A DNA stretch of 63,902 nt, counting the filler, from Intoshia linei (Eukaryota > Animalia > Orthonectida), in assembly GCA_001642005.1 (NCBI GenBank). It is 7 parts of 7 records of this genome, joined end to end, with 100 filler letters (N's around TTAATTAATTAA, not from the genome) between each part and the next. Parts side by side here need not be neighbours in the genome. Positions count along the whole stretch, not along the records: positions 25,875 to 37,893 come from LWCA01001116.1; 6 more parts are not named here. One strand, 5' to 3'. The position numbers and the translations under genes were made by a program. The notes under the pieces are model-generated. The model was not told the DNA's origin and did not search any database. It saw nothing but the letters and a program-made list of their open reading frames with translations. The number at the start of each line of letters is the position of its first letter. Positions within the stretch are counted from its first letter, which is position 1. Of this stretch, positions 26,654 to 37,993 are shown piece by piece.

Positions 26654-27769
26654 TCACTTCATATCTGCCAAAAAAGCATCATAGCACCTCTCTTCCTCGT
26701 CATTCATGATATGAACATTAGCAAACTGCTCCATATTATCTAAATCATCATCTAAGGTTTCAGAATATTCTTGAGCAATTTTTCTATCCTCCTGGGTCAT
26801 ACTATAATTATCACACGTTGGAGACGACAGGTTTTGATTTTCAATCTCATTAATTTTAGACTCATTCAAACTTTTTCGAATAGTACTAACGAATATAGCA
26901 GTTTTAGCACAATTATCAATATCAACGAGTAATTTGGAAACAACTTTTTTGGTGTTCACTAAAATGTCATGAGGAATTTGTTCATATTTCGACATAATTT
27001 GTAAGCACATTACAATATCAGACATTTTTTTGTAATCCAATTTCGCCAAATCGATTCCAGACAAGGATAAAATATCGCATATATTTTGATGAAAATATAT
27101 ACATTTTGCACCTAAATTACAATTAAAAGTATCAGATTTAAAATTACACGATTTCAATAATTTGAGAATATAATCCATTAAAAAATTTAGTAAAATATTA
27201 AATAAATTTTTGCATGAAATTTTTTCAATATCAGAAAGTTTTGAAACAAAATGCGCAATAAGGTAACTCATTAAACTGACACGAGACATGGTTTCTTGCA
27301 ATTTTTCGCCAGTTTCTAATTTTTCAATTTTACTGGAATTTGAAGAAATTGAATCACATTCTTTAATCCAAATAATTTCAATAATATTGTAAAACGAAAT
27401 GTCGCTTTTTCTTTTATTTATTAAAATATTTAGAGCAGCCGCTCCAAACTGCGTTGTGTCTGCATATTTAGTGCAAGTTTCAAATAACCCTACAATAAAC
27501 GAATTCATATCCTTCTAAAATTTGAATTAAATGTAATATCCAATGTAAATTTTATTGTACAATTTTTCAAGTAACCGCTTTCATTAGGAATAAAAATTTT
27601 TATTTAAAAAGGCATTGACCTTTGAACCCAATATACTATAATTTCGAAATTAGATTACCTCATTTTTGATTTCTTTAAGTAATTCATCATCTTCACACAA
27701 ACTCTCTTCGGTAGTTTTACTGCGATCGTAGGTAGTATAAATAAACTCAAAATATTTTTGTGGATTCAT
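26654..27769 (-). CDS. PAIP1-like (MIF4G plus acidic C-terminal tail); exons 27769-27659, 27514-26654
   Basis: Helical MIF4G-like core (DTTQFGAAAL; ILSLSGIDL). Acidic tail MNDEEERCYDAFL resembles PAIP1 MDPEIEEAYEKF. Phase-0 GT-AG intron. Highly divergent. Confidence 0.5.
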
Positions 27770-27924
27770 ACAAAGTATAAATATAATAAAACAGGCAGAT
27801 AATGAAATTATATTTTATTTGACTTTGAAATGATAAGGTAACTTAGCAACGTTGACTTAAATTAAAAAGGTAATCAACTTTAGTAAATGTTCACGTGAAT
27901 GAAAAATTTATAAAATTCAATTTA

Positions 27925-30900
27925 ATGAGCCAACTATTTGACAAATTTCGATCAGTAGGTATAATTTGTACTAGTGTTCCAATCAATTTACTATACAACA
28001 AAAAACAATCAACATATGGAATCGTGTCTTGTACGGACACTAGTGTTCAGGTTTATAGTTTGAATAAGCTGCGGTTGATAAACCAATTTGATCCATTGTC
28101 ACATGTTATAGATTGTATTTCGGTTTCAACAGAGTATGGCTATTTTTGTGCATGTGGAAACCAAATATATAGATATTTGACAAATTCTCATATTGAAAAA
28201 TGCTACAAGATTCAACATGGTCAAAAATTTAAAGATATTCAAGTTTACGTAAATCACATTTTAGGATTGGATGATGATGGAGATTTGAGAATATGGGACA
28301 TTGAATCGGGAAATTTGTATGGGTGCATGGAATCTAGTAACATTAAATTGTTTTTAGGATTAGACAAATACAGCAACAAAGTACTTGTCGGTACTAATAA
28401 TAGATTACAGTTATGGAATATTCGTAAATGTGAATTAGTTTACGAGTTTAAATGCGTTGATCAAGACTTTAAAATGATGCAACAATCTTCAGAGCATAAT
28501 ATTATATTGTTAGTTTTTAATAATGACAAAATTGTATTAATTAATGTGGATACAGATGCAATTTTATTTACAATTAAAGATTATGTTCATCAAAATATTA
28601 CTGTCGCCGTTTTTCGGTGCGATAAACCCTGGATTATTTTATGCACTCAAGGTTCTAGTGCCAATATGATTGCTTACGATTTAGAAACTTTGCATCAACA
28701 ATTTATCTATGAAAATGCTCACGAATCACGCATCGTTTCTGTAAAATGCATTTTCAATGAACCAATGTGTGTTACATCGAGTACTGACAATTCCATCAAA
28801 ACTTGGATGTTTGACGGTATCGACAATCGACCGAGACTTTTACGTATTATTGCTGGCCACTATGACACTCCTTCTAATTTAACCTTTATGCCTTCTGATA
28901 ATCAATTTTTGGTGTCGTCCGACAAATTTGGTTTCATGAAAATGTTTAATGTTGATACCGATTTTCGAAGCACGGTGCTGGCACGATTGAGTATTAATAA
29001 AATTAAAAATAAGTTTGAAAACTTATCAACAACCACTGTTTATCCAATTTCAAATTATTCTATTGAAACTAGTCGCACTCAAGACTGGAATGATTTAGTA
29101 GCTGTGCATAAAAATTTTTCTAAAGCATCTGTTTGGTCTACTAGACTAAAAAATCAATCTAAAAACTTTCTAACTGTTCCCAATATTGTTTTGAAAAAGT
29201 ACAGTGATGATAGTATTTATCCCACTTGTGTCAATATATCAGGGTGTGGAAATTTTGCCGTTCTAGGTTATTCTAACGGCTCAGTGCATGTGTTTAATAT
29301 ACAATCTTGTATACATCGCGGTTATTTCAATTATGGAGACGAAAAAACCTTATTGGCTCATCACGGGTCTATTAATTCTGTCAAAATTAATATTCTTAAT
29401 AAAATTGTCATTACATGTGGAAATGATTCTATGGCGAGATTTTGGATGTTTGATACTAAAAAACTTTTCAAATATATTCAATTTGATTTTATTCCTTTTG
29501 ATATGGATATTTCTAGGGAAAGTAATCTCGTTTCAATTAATCTTTCCAATTTCGATGTTATTATTGTATGTTTAGTTTCCTTTTCTGTGTCAAGAATTTT
29601 TAAAGGTTTGTTTAGTTTAATTTGGGGATTAATTAATTTGTCAGTATTCAATTACATATTTGTCAGTTTTTAATTGCTTTCTTGTCAGTACATAATTGCA
29701 TTTTTGTCAGTAAATATATTAACTAGATCAGTATTCATCGAAAATTGTAAGTAACTCAACAAAAAAGTATATAGAAATAAACACATTTTATAAAATAATA
29801 TTTTGTCATTAAAAAAATTTAATTGTAAGTTTGATGATTTTGGAGTGTTAGTATAAAAATTAAAAGTCGAGTTTTTGAAAATGTATTTTATAAAATACAA
29901 TCTTTTTTATATCTCTTGTCTTTATTATTATTCTTGTGAGGTTAATAATTAGGTTAATCTTATGAAATACTTTATATAATATCATCCACTACAGACCCAA
30001 GTTAAAACTGAAATATTAAGATACCATATTATACCTACAAACCATATTACAAAAAAATTAGAAATATTCTATGGTGTTCACACCAAAAAATATTTTTTTA
30101 TGAGAACAAATTATGTTAATTAATTGTGTCAGTATTTTTCTTATTGATTTGTCACCATTGTAAATGGTTTGTCAGTATGTTAGGTGCCTATACTGAAAAA
30201 ATATATTTTTTTACTACCCTTCCAATTATTATTACTGAAACCTTATCAATTGGCAACTAAAATACTGAAAAATCAATAAGAAAAATACTGAAAGGATAAA
30301 TGCACGCCGTTTAATTTAATTTCATAATAATAATCATAATTTAATTATACAATTTTTTAATTTATAATTAAATACCAAAAGTTGTCATGTATTTATCGCG
30401 TCAGTATTTTAATCTGTAAAGTATCAGTATTTTAGATGGTTTGTCAGGAGATATAATTGATTTTCAGTATTTTAGGTGTCAGTGTAAATAATTGATTGTC
30501 AGTATTTAAATTGGAAGGGCAATAAAAAAATTATTTTGTCAGTACTTTAAATATACTGTCAGTATTTAAATTAAAAAATGACAAAGTACATTATATTACT
30601 GACATTTTAATATTTATACTGACAATTTTTGTTGAAAATAATGACAAATAAAATATTTCCGCAAAATTGTCAAATTGTCAGATTGGAAACCTAATTTACA
30701 AATTATAACCAAATCCAAAAAATTTTCCAGTTAACTATTTTTTTACATTGATTGTAAAGAGATGTTTGAAGTTTGAAGTTAATTGTTATATTAAATGAAT
30801 TGATTCTCTGAATCAATAAAAACTAGTATTGTAAAACTTGATAATCAATCGATTAAACCAGTGTCTTCCAACTGATACTGCCTGAGCCGAATTTACCCAA

Positions 30901-33576
30901 TTGGAGGCCACGAATAATAGGTCCATAAACATGTAATGCTCTTGACCAGTGGTTTAAATCTTTTTTATTATTCCTCCATCAATCATTACAATATTTATAA
31001 CCAAATTTTAACTTATATATGTCGTAATTTTTTGCATATTTGTAAATTATATATTTTAAAGTTAAATATTTTACTTTTTACTTGTTTATGAATTAATATT
31101 TCGATAGTAATGGACATTACAATTAAACTAAAATAATTTTCTCCAAATTTCCACCTTTTTACAAATTTCTGCTCATGGGAGCCACTTGGCTCACCATGGA
31201 CAACCACTGCTCTTGACTTAACATTTTAAATTTTACACAAAATAATTATGATATTGAGTATAATTTTTTTAATACTCAATTTTCAAATATGAGGCCCTAT
31301 TTTATAAAAATTTCACAGGGGTCAGTTGAAACTGAACTTGATTTTAATTAAATTAAATGACTTTATAAATAAAACTGTTATCATGAAAACTAAAATTTGT
31401 TACGCTAAAATCCTTTCCTTTACTTAAATAAAATTGAATGTATGTGTGTGTGTGTTTTGCGGTTTATTTAAAAAATTAACAATCTTAGAATTAAAAAAAC
31501 CATTATTTCTAATACAATTTTTCCTAGGGTGTGCTTATATATGTTTTCAGTTTCTGAGTTTGAGTCCTTCAGGGTCAAAAACTCAATTTTATTTAAAAAT
31601 AAAATTAGTATGAAATGTAATAAAACATACGTTCTGGGACGCATTTTAAAATTATTAACATTGTAGTAAATCTCAGCCTCAGAACCACATACCTTCATTG
31701 TCAAAACCACAAATTACCCTATGTTGAAAAAATAAACATGCTCTAAAATTTTATAAACTATATTCTGGGATAGTTTTTAAAACAATTCAAACCCATTAAT
31801 GTGTTGTCACTTTTAAAGGTTTAACAGTGCATTTGAACTTTTTTTAATCAGTTATTTTATAACTTTTGTTACTGATCCTATTTTAAAGTTTACGCGAGTC
31901 CAGTTCAAGAATTTAATAATTAAAAAAACTTGCATGAATTTAGTGCAGTGATTCCTAACCTTTTTCACCTTAACACCCGCGCAGTGTCATAAAAACATTC
32001 TATTATTACCTTAATGGTTTTTGTTTTACCTTATATTCTGTATATTAGTTTTTTTTAGATTTTTTTTCAGGTCGTCTTCAAAAGTTATTCTACTTTTAAA
32101 ATTCTAGATATTTACGTGACTACTTTAACCCAAATGAACTTATTTGTTTAATTCAGCGGTCGGCAACCATTGGCCCGTCGGCCAACAGAGACCCACAGAA
32201 TAATTTTGGTGGCCTTTTGAGTAAATATATAAATTATTTATTTTTTAACTTTTAAACATCGTTTTAAACATTTTCTACTATAATTAGCTTATTTTGAGTT
32301 TGAAATGTATAATGTGCTCATGATTTTAAAATTTTTATAAATTGATTTTTTAAATTCTGGGACTTTTGTAATTTTAAATAGGGGTTAATAAATTTTTCAA
32401 ATCGCTCCAGCGCCCCTAGATGGACACTATCATTGACGGTAGCAATAACTGGCACAGTGTCTAATTAATATAATCATATAAACTTTTACATATTTATATT
32501 TATTTAGGTCACTTTAGACGTATAACCTGTCACCGATTCACATCAGATGCTCGTTATGTTCTGTCATCTTCAATGGACAGTACATTACGTGTGTGGAACA
32601 TTCCTCATGATTGTTTAGTTGATGTTTTAATATTGAAAGATGGACCCATCGATAGTTTTGCTGTTAATGATACATTCTCACTGCTAGCAACTTCACAAAT
32701 TGGTAAAAAGGGTATAACTCTTTGGAGTAATAAAAGTTGTTACGAATACGTTCCTTTGAAGCGTATACACGAATGTGATATAAAAACTTCATTGGTCCTG
32801 GTCAACCATGTTGAACAAGAACACATTGATATTGAAATGTCTCAAACCGAAGATATTAATATAACCATAGACAATATTGATTTTAAAAACGATGATTCCC
32901 TAATTTCTCTTTCTGAATTAAATGGGTTTAACTGGTCTAATTTATCTAAATTGGACGTTATAAGAAAACGCAACAAACCAAAAGAAGGATTCCAAAAACC
33001 ACCCGATGCTCCCTTTTTTATTGATGCATATCAAGACACTAAAATTGAAGAACACAAAACCCCTCAAAAGAGAAAATTGCTAGACTTGCTAAGTTACACT
33101 AAATTTAGCAAAAAACTAATCAAAGCATCACAAAACCTAGAATTGCAAAACGAAACCACTGATAATTCTGATATGAATGCTGAATATGACAATTTACTAA
33201 AAATTTTAAAAAATATGAACATGGTTTCCGTATATAAAGAAATACAGACTCTCGTTTGCGGTGACGATGAAAACGACAAAATGTTAATATTAGCCTTCAT
33301 AGATTTCACCATCTACCATTTAACCACAAAAAAAAACTATGACTTAATCCAAGCTTATTTGAAATGCTTTTTAAAGGTTTAAGAAAAATTTTCAAATTTA
33401 AAATTTAATTTTTTTAGATACACACAATAAATATAACAAATATAACGTTCAATAACAAAGATTTAGTAAAAATGACAAAATTAGTGTCTTTACTAAAGGA
33501 TGAATCACTTCCCTTGTACATCTTAATGGAAAAAATATTTTGTTACGGTGATTACATGAAAACTGTATTTTTGTAA
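27925..33576 (+). CDS. WDR36: WDR36/UTP21 WD-repeat SSU processome protein; exons 27925-29605, 32508-33376, 33418-33576
   Basis: SQLFDKFRSVG; VTSSTDNSIKTWMFD..PRLLRIIAGH; ISGCGNFAVLGYSNG; G|HFRRIT..SSSMDSTLRVW; IRKRNKPKEGFQKPPDAPFF; YDLIQAYLKCFLK|IH. Confidence 0.95.
29638..30640. repeat. Foldback/MITE-like region rich in GTCAGTA/TACTGA motifs with nested inverted repeats
   Basis: Many GTCAGT units in both orientations; TCAGTATTTTTCTTATTGATTT (~30129) is inverted at ~30270-30291. Confidence 0.55.
30947..31209. mobile_element. 263-bp hAT MITE with perfect 8-bp TSD CTCTTGAC
   Basis: CTCTTGAC|CAGTGGTT ... AACCACTG|CTCTTGAC. Confidence 0.88.
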
Positions 33577-33593
33577 ATTGTAACATAAAAATT

Positions 33594-36260
33594 TTAATTA
33601 GATTCCTCCATGTAGTTTTTTAAAATTAACACTTTGGTTTCAATTTTTTTAAACAAATTTTCATCGTCGTGTATTTTATTGGTTTCTGCAACTTCATTCA
33701 TAATGATATCTATTCGTTGAGAAATTTTTTCATCAAATTGTGGGTAAGTTATTTGGTTTGTAAATCGATCACGGAACTTTTTAATGTGCACAAGACTAGA
33801 AAGTTGTTTTAATTGAAGTTGCATCAACAATTCCTTATTGGATTGAACTGAAAAGTGTGACAATATTCGTATAATTCTTGGAGTGATTTTTTCAAAAATC
33901 AAATTTTCTTTATTAACCTTGGCGCATAAAAGCATGCTACAAGATAGTACATATATCTGAGAAGATTTATTAATCAATCTACCAACTCTGGATTGTATTT
34001 GTGCGATAATAGTTTCAATGTCATGATCCAAAAATCCGCATGTTTCAGAAAGTGTATATTCAATTTCAGAATTTTCCTTAATGGCCATATCTATATTGTA
34101 GGTTAAAAGATTGATGATGGCAACGAGAGTCTCTTCTTGATGTTTCGGTTCAGAAGTGTTTTCATCGAAAAGTAAAAGACAATCACAGACACAATCAAAA
34201 GCCATTTCAGAAAAAATGTCAAAATTAATTTTCGAGGTAATGAGACCCCTGGAAAAGGAAATTAAAAGCGAAAATGCTAGTTTAGGTTCAACTTCCTTAA
34301 TTTCATTTAAAATACATTTTCGGCAAGTGTCATTTATGGCTCGGACATTCACAATATATTTTTCTGCGATAGACGGGTCTGAATAATCGGTATTTGATTT
34401 TTCGTAATCGGAAAACATCGATTCGTAATTTTCTTTGATGAGAAAAATATACTTGTGAATCAAAGTACCGTATAAATTGAGACAAAGAACAGAGGTTACA
34501 GAGTCAGTAGATTCATTTTTGAGAATTTTAATCCACATGTTCAACATTTTTGATTTTTTCGTCAAAAAATCAGATTCGTCACTAGAATGTTCAGTTCCAT
34601 GTATCAAATTAGAAAGAAGTTGCAAAACGGTCATGGAATTGAAATTCTTTGAAATTAGACTAATTTCCGCGTTAGTTTTAGATTCATCTTGTAGAATAGA
34701 ATAAAGTAAGGACATTAACGTATCTGAAGAATTGAGGGAGAAAAAAACTTTAGAAAATGATGATATTTTTTCAACCAATGCGGCACTGTCCAGACAAAAC
34801 ATTTTGTCAGTTTGAGGTGGATTGGTTTCTTTTTCAAAAAAATCATGCGAAGAAAGTCGTCCTCTAACAGAAAAACTTGAAATATTTCTTAAAATTTCAA
34901 TTACTGCGGAAATTTGATCATTTAAATTACACCAGGGCCCACCAAATATTAATAATTTGAAATTTTCCAAAACCAAAACTTGTTTAAGGTGTACAATCAA
35001 ATACATGACAAGTTCTGCGACGACGGAACGTGTATTTTCGCAAGATTTATTGAGAGTACTGCCAGAATTTAAAATTTGAACCGTTTCGCCCAGTATTTTA
35101 TCCGGAATAGAAATATCGTTTGTATAAATACTGAAGGCTAATTTCATCGTTAAAAGTTTAATTGAAATTATTTCTGAAAGGCGAATAGAAGAGTGAGCTG
35201 TCTGCAAAATTGCAATTTTTTCTGAAAAAATTTCAAAAATGTGATTCTTATCAAACTTACAATCCACACAATTTAAAATTGAAGAATTTGCCAACTTGGT
35301 AATCAATGGGGTAATGACAACTGGAATAGACAACCCACTCGAAAATTTAGATATAGCGTCCATTGTAACTTGTAACGTTTTTATATGATATTCCACATCA
35401 AACACCTCAAAAATACATTCCAATATACACGATTGTGCCAAAGAGTCTTGACAAGATATTAATTGTAATAAAATATCAGGCAAGATTCGCTCGAAAAAGG
35501 TGTTAAAGTTTATGAAGGATAATTGGCTTAAATAGCAAATATTTGCGGCTATCAATGAACTCACATCCAACCGAGATTGTTCCCGAATTGACCTATCTCT
35601 AGTGTGACCATCATAATTCATTCTTAACCACAATTTATTCATTTCACGGAAATTTATGAGAAAAAGACTAATCCAATCATACACAATATCGTCCTCGTTT
35701 GACTGATTTGACATTTCCGATTCATTTTTTATAATTTCATTTTCAGTGTCATTACTTTTATTTTCGTTTTTCACTTCTTTTTTACGTTTCGGCATTAAAA
35801 ATTCCAAACATTTTAAAAAAAAATTTCTAACAAAAATACCTCTCTGAGGCTCTTGGGCACATCGACACATGTCTATCATATCAAAAAGTACAGTTATATC
35901 TTTATAAATTGCATAGTGAGCTGTACCAACTACCAATGTCACATACAATCGAGGTATCACCAATTTTATGTCTTGAGCTAAATAGTACACTCTATCCAGT
36001 GGTTTTTCAGTTTCCGATTCATTTTTCATATCGCCATATTTAGCAATCAAAAATTTTTTCAGTGTATCGAGTTGTTCTGTCACAGATAAAAATAATTGAA
36101 AATAGTCTTTGGTGTTAAGGTCGTTTATTTTCAGTAAAAAAGCTACATTACTGGCGTTTAGAATCGATTCTACAATATAACCACCTTCAAGAGAACTTTT
36201 CAATTTAAGACCCTCTGCGTGCGCTTGACGGACAGATTCTGTTAATGAGGTTTTATTCAT
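33594..36260 (-). CDS. VPS35: VPS35 retromer subunit, single exon (~888 aa from ATG 36260)
   Basis: VIPRLYV; DMIDMCRCAQEPQRGIFVRNFF; NFREMNKLWLRMNYDGHTRDRSIREQSR; SCQDSLAQSCILECIFEVF. Confidence 0.93.
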   Translation of the reverse strand: MNKTSLTESVRQAHAEGLKLKSSLEGGYIVESILNASNVAFLLKINDLNTKDYFQLFLSVTEQLDTLKKFLIAKYGDMKNESETEKPLDRVYYLAQDIKLVIPRLYVTLVVGTAHYAIYKDITVLFDMIDMCRCAQEPQRGIFVRNFFLKCLEFLMPKRKKEVKNENKSNDTENEIIKNESEMSNQSNEDDIVYDWISLFLINFREMNKLWLRMNYDGHTRDRSIREQSRLDVSSLIAANICYLSQLSFINFNTFFERILPDILLQLISCQDSLAQSCILECIFEVFDVEYHIKTLQVTMDAISKFSSGLSIPVVITPLITKLANSSILNCVDCKFDKNHIFEIFSEKIAILQTAHSSIRLSEIISIKLLTMKLAFSIYTNDISIPDKILGETVQILNSGSTLNKSCENTRSVVAELVMYLIVHLKQVLVLENFKLLIFGGPWCNLNDQISAVIEILRNISSFSVRGRLSSHDFFEKETNPPQTDKMFCLDSAALVEKISSFSKVFFSLNSSDTLMSLLYSILQDESKTNAEISLISKNFNSMTVLQLLSNLIHGTEHSSDESDFLTKKSKMLNMWIKILKNESTDSVTSVLCLNLYGTLIHKYIFLIKENYESMFSDYEKSNTDYSDPSIAEKYIVNVRAINDTCRKCILNEIKEVEPKLAFSLLISFSRGLITSKINFDIFSEMAFDCVCDCLLLFDENTSEPKHQEETLVAIINLLTYNIDMAIKENSEIEYTLSETCGFLDHDIETIIAQIQSRVGRLINKSSQIYVLSCSMLLCAKVNKENLIFEKITPRIIRILSHFSVQSNKELLMQLQLKQLSSLVHIKKFRDRFTNQITYPQFDEKISQRIDIIMNEVAETNKIHDDENLFKKIETKVLILKNYMEESN

Positions 36261-36345
36261 TTTTTGTTCGCAATTGTTTGAAAAATTGTAAATTATTTTG
36301 AAAACTTTATTTACTTTACACAAACATTATTTGAATAATTTATAA

Positions 36346-36753
36346 TTCTTACTTATATAATATGTTAAAAATATTTGTATCTGTGTGTTCCACTTTATTT
36401 CAATAACTACCAGTCTTAGAATTTTATAAAGTTCACATATCAGTTACAGTTATTTCCGGGGTGATAATAAGATACATTTCAACCTCCCAAACTCACATCT
36501 TACGGTCAAAAACTCCAATTGTCCTTTTTTTAAAAATCAAATGAGTTGGAAAATTTAAAAAAATATATACGCTGATACGGACTTTAAAATCATAAATTTA
36601 AATTTAAAAAAATTATATTTTCAAGGCCAAAACTCCAAATTAATTTTTAAATATATTATCAACCAATATTTTTCGAATATTTCGATTAAAATAAAAATTG
36701 AAAATGTACACTTGGCAGAGCTAGGTGCTGTTTGTATATAACAGTCAACCTAG
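36346..36753 (+). mobile_element. Non-autonomous Helitron, internally deleted copy
   Basis: 5' T(T/C)CTTACTTATATAATATG start shared by several copies; 3' hairpin remnant CTGTTTGTA..TAACAG followed by CTAG|T. Confidence 0.75.
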
Positions 36754-37719
36754 TATTGAGTATAAAAATTGAATAAATTATTATATTATGCAATTTCTTA
36801 AAGATCAATTATTTGTTTTCATGTTTTAATATGAAAAATTTTCTGGCAACTGCAATTTACTTTTTCTGGTTACAGAATACTTGTTATGATTAACTTGATA
36901 ATGGTATTTGTACTCCCTGCAGAAATATGGTGTTTTTAAAACTACGCCTCCTTAAAGAAACTGAAACAAGTAATAAATAAACAGACATTTAATTAACATT
37001 TAATCATTTTTAATTAACTTTGTAAATTACATTATATAAGTTAGAACAATACATATTATATCAAGGGTATGTTTAATTTTAATGTATATTTAAGATAACT
37101 TGAGACATACAAGTTATAAACTTTAGATTTATCGAACCTACCCGAGATCCCTCATGAAGGGTCAAGAAATTAAATAAAATTAAAAACATCCAAATTCAAA
37201 TCAACCCTAATACTGAGAGATTACTGTGCAATGCATCGTAAAGTGCTTTTTTGAGATTGTTTATTTTTTAAATTGTAGAATTCTTAGTTTTTTAATTTTT
37301 CGTGGAAAACGTATTTTGGATTCTTGAATGTGAAGATGCAAATTTCTGCAAGCAGAACCGAATCTACTAACCTGGAGGCCACCCGAAAATTTTTTTGCAA
37401 ACGATGTCATATAGCCTCTAGGCCTATTCAAGGATCTTGATTTGACATTTTAAATTTAATACGCAAAACAGTTATGATTACAGTAGACAAAAACGAGTAA
37501 AGTGATCAAAATACTCTAATTCATAAAATTTTCTGTTACACTAAAATGATTGACATCTGCTTTTTTTAATACAAATGTTGCATGATTACTGGGAATGTAA
37601 AAATGTACTCGTTTTTCAATTTATAGTGCTCGATTTTTTCAAAATTTACTTGCTTTTTTGTGTATACTTATCTTACTCCTATATTAGGATTCGAAGTTAC
37701 CTCCCTTATAATGCTAAAA

Positions 37720-37893
37720 CTAAAATGTCAGATAGACATTTTAGTTTTAGCACCAGCTCTTTTTCTGCCTTTATCATAACCTTGTGGATCATCTAAAAAT
37801 AATCGAACTACATCAAACGATCAGCAATATTTCTATACAATCTCCTGATGTTATTGTCATCATATGCTGCTCCTAAAATGAATTTTTTTCATC
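37720..37893 (-). mobile_element. Tc3-like transposase N-terminal (HTH) remnant
   Basis: VVRLFLDDPQGYDKGRKRAGAKTKMS resembles Tc3 IRVYLKDPVSYGTSKRAPRRKALS; degenerate. Confidence 0.4.
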
Positions 37894-37993
37894 NNNNNNN
37901 NNNNNNNNNNNNNNNNNNNNNNNNNNNNNNNNNNNNNTTAATTAATTAANNNNNNNNNNNNNNNNNNNNNNNNNNNNNNNNNNNNNNNNNNNN

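Noticed and set aside
32403-32430. CTCF-like site CAGCGCCCCTAGATGG
   Set aside because: Single imperfect match among TE fragments; unsupported.
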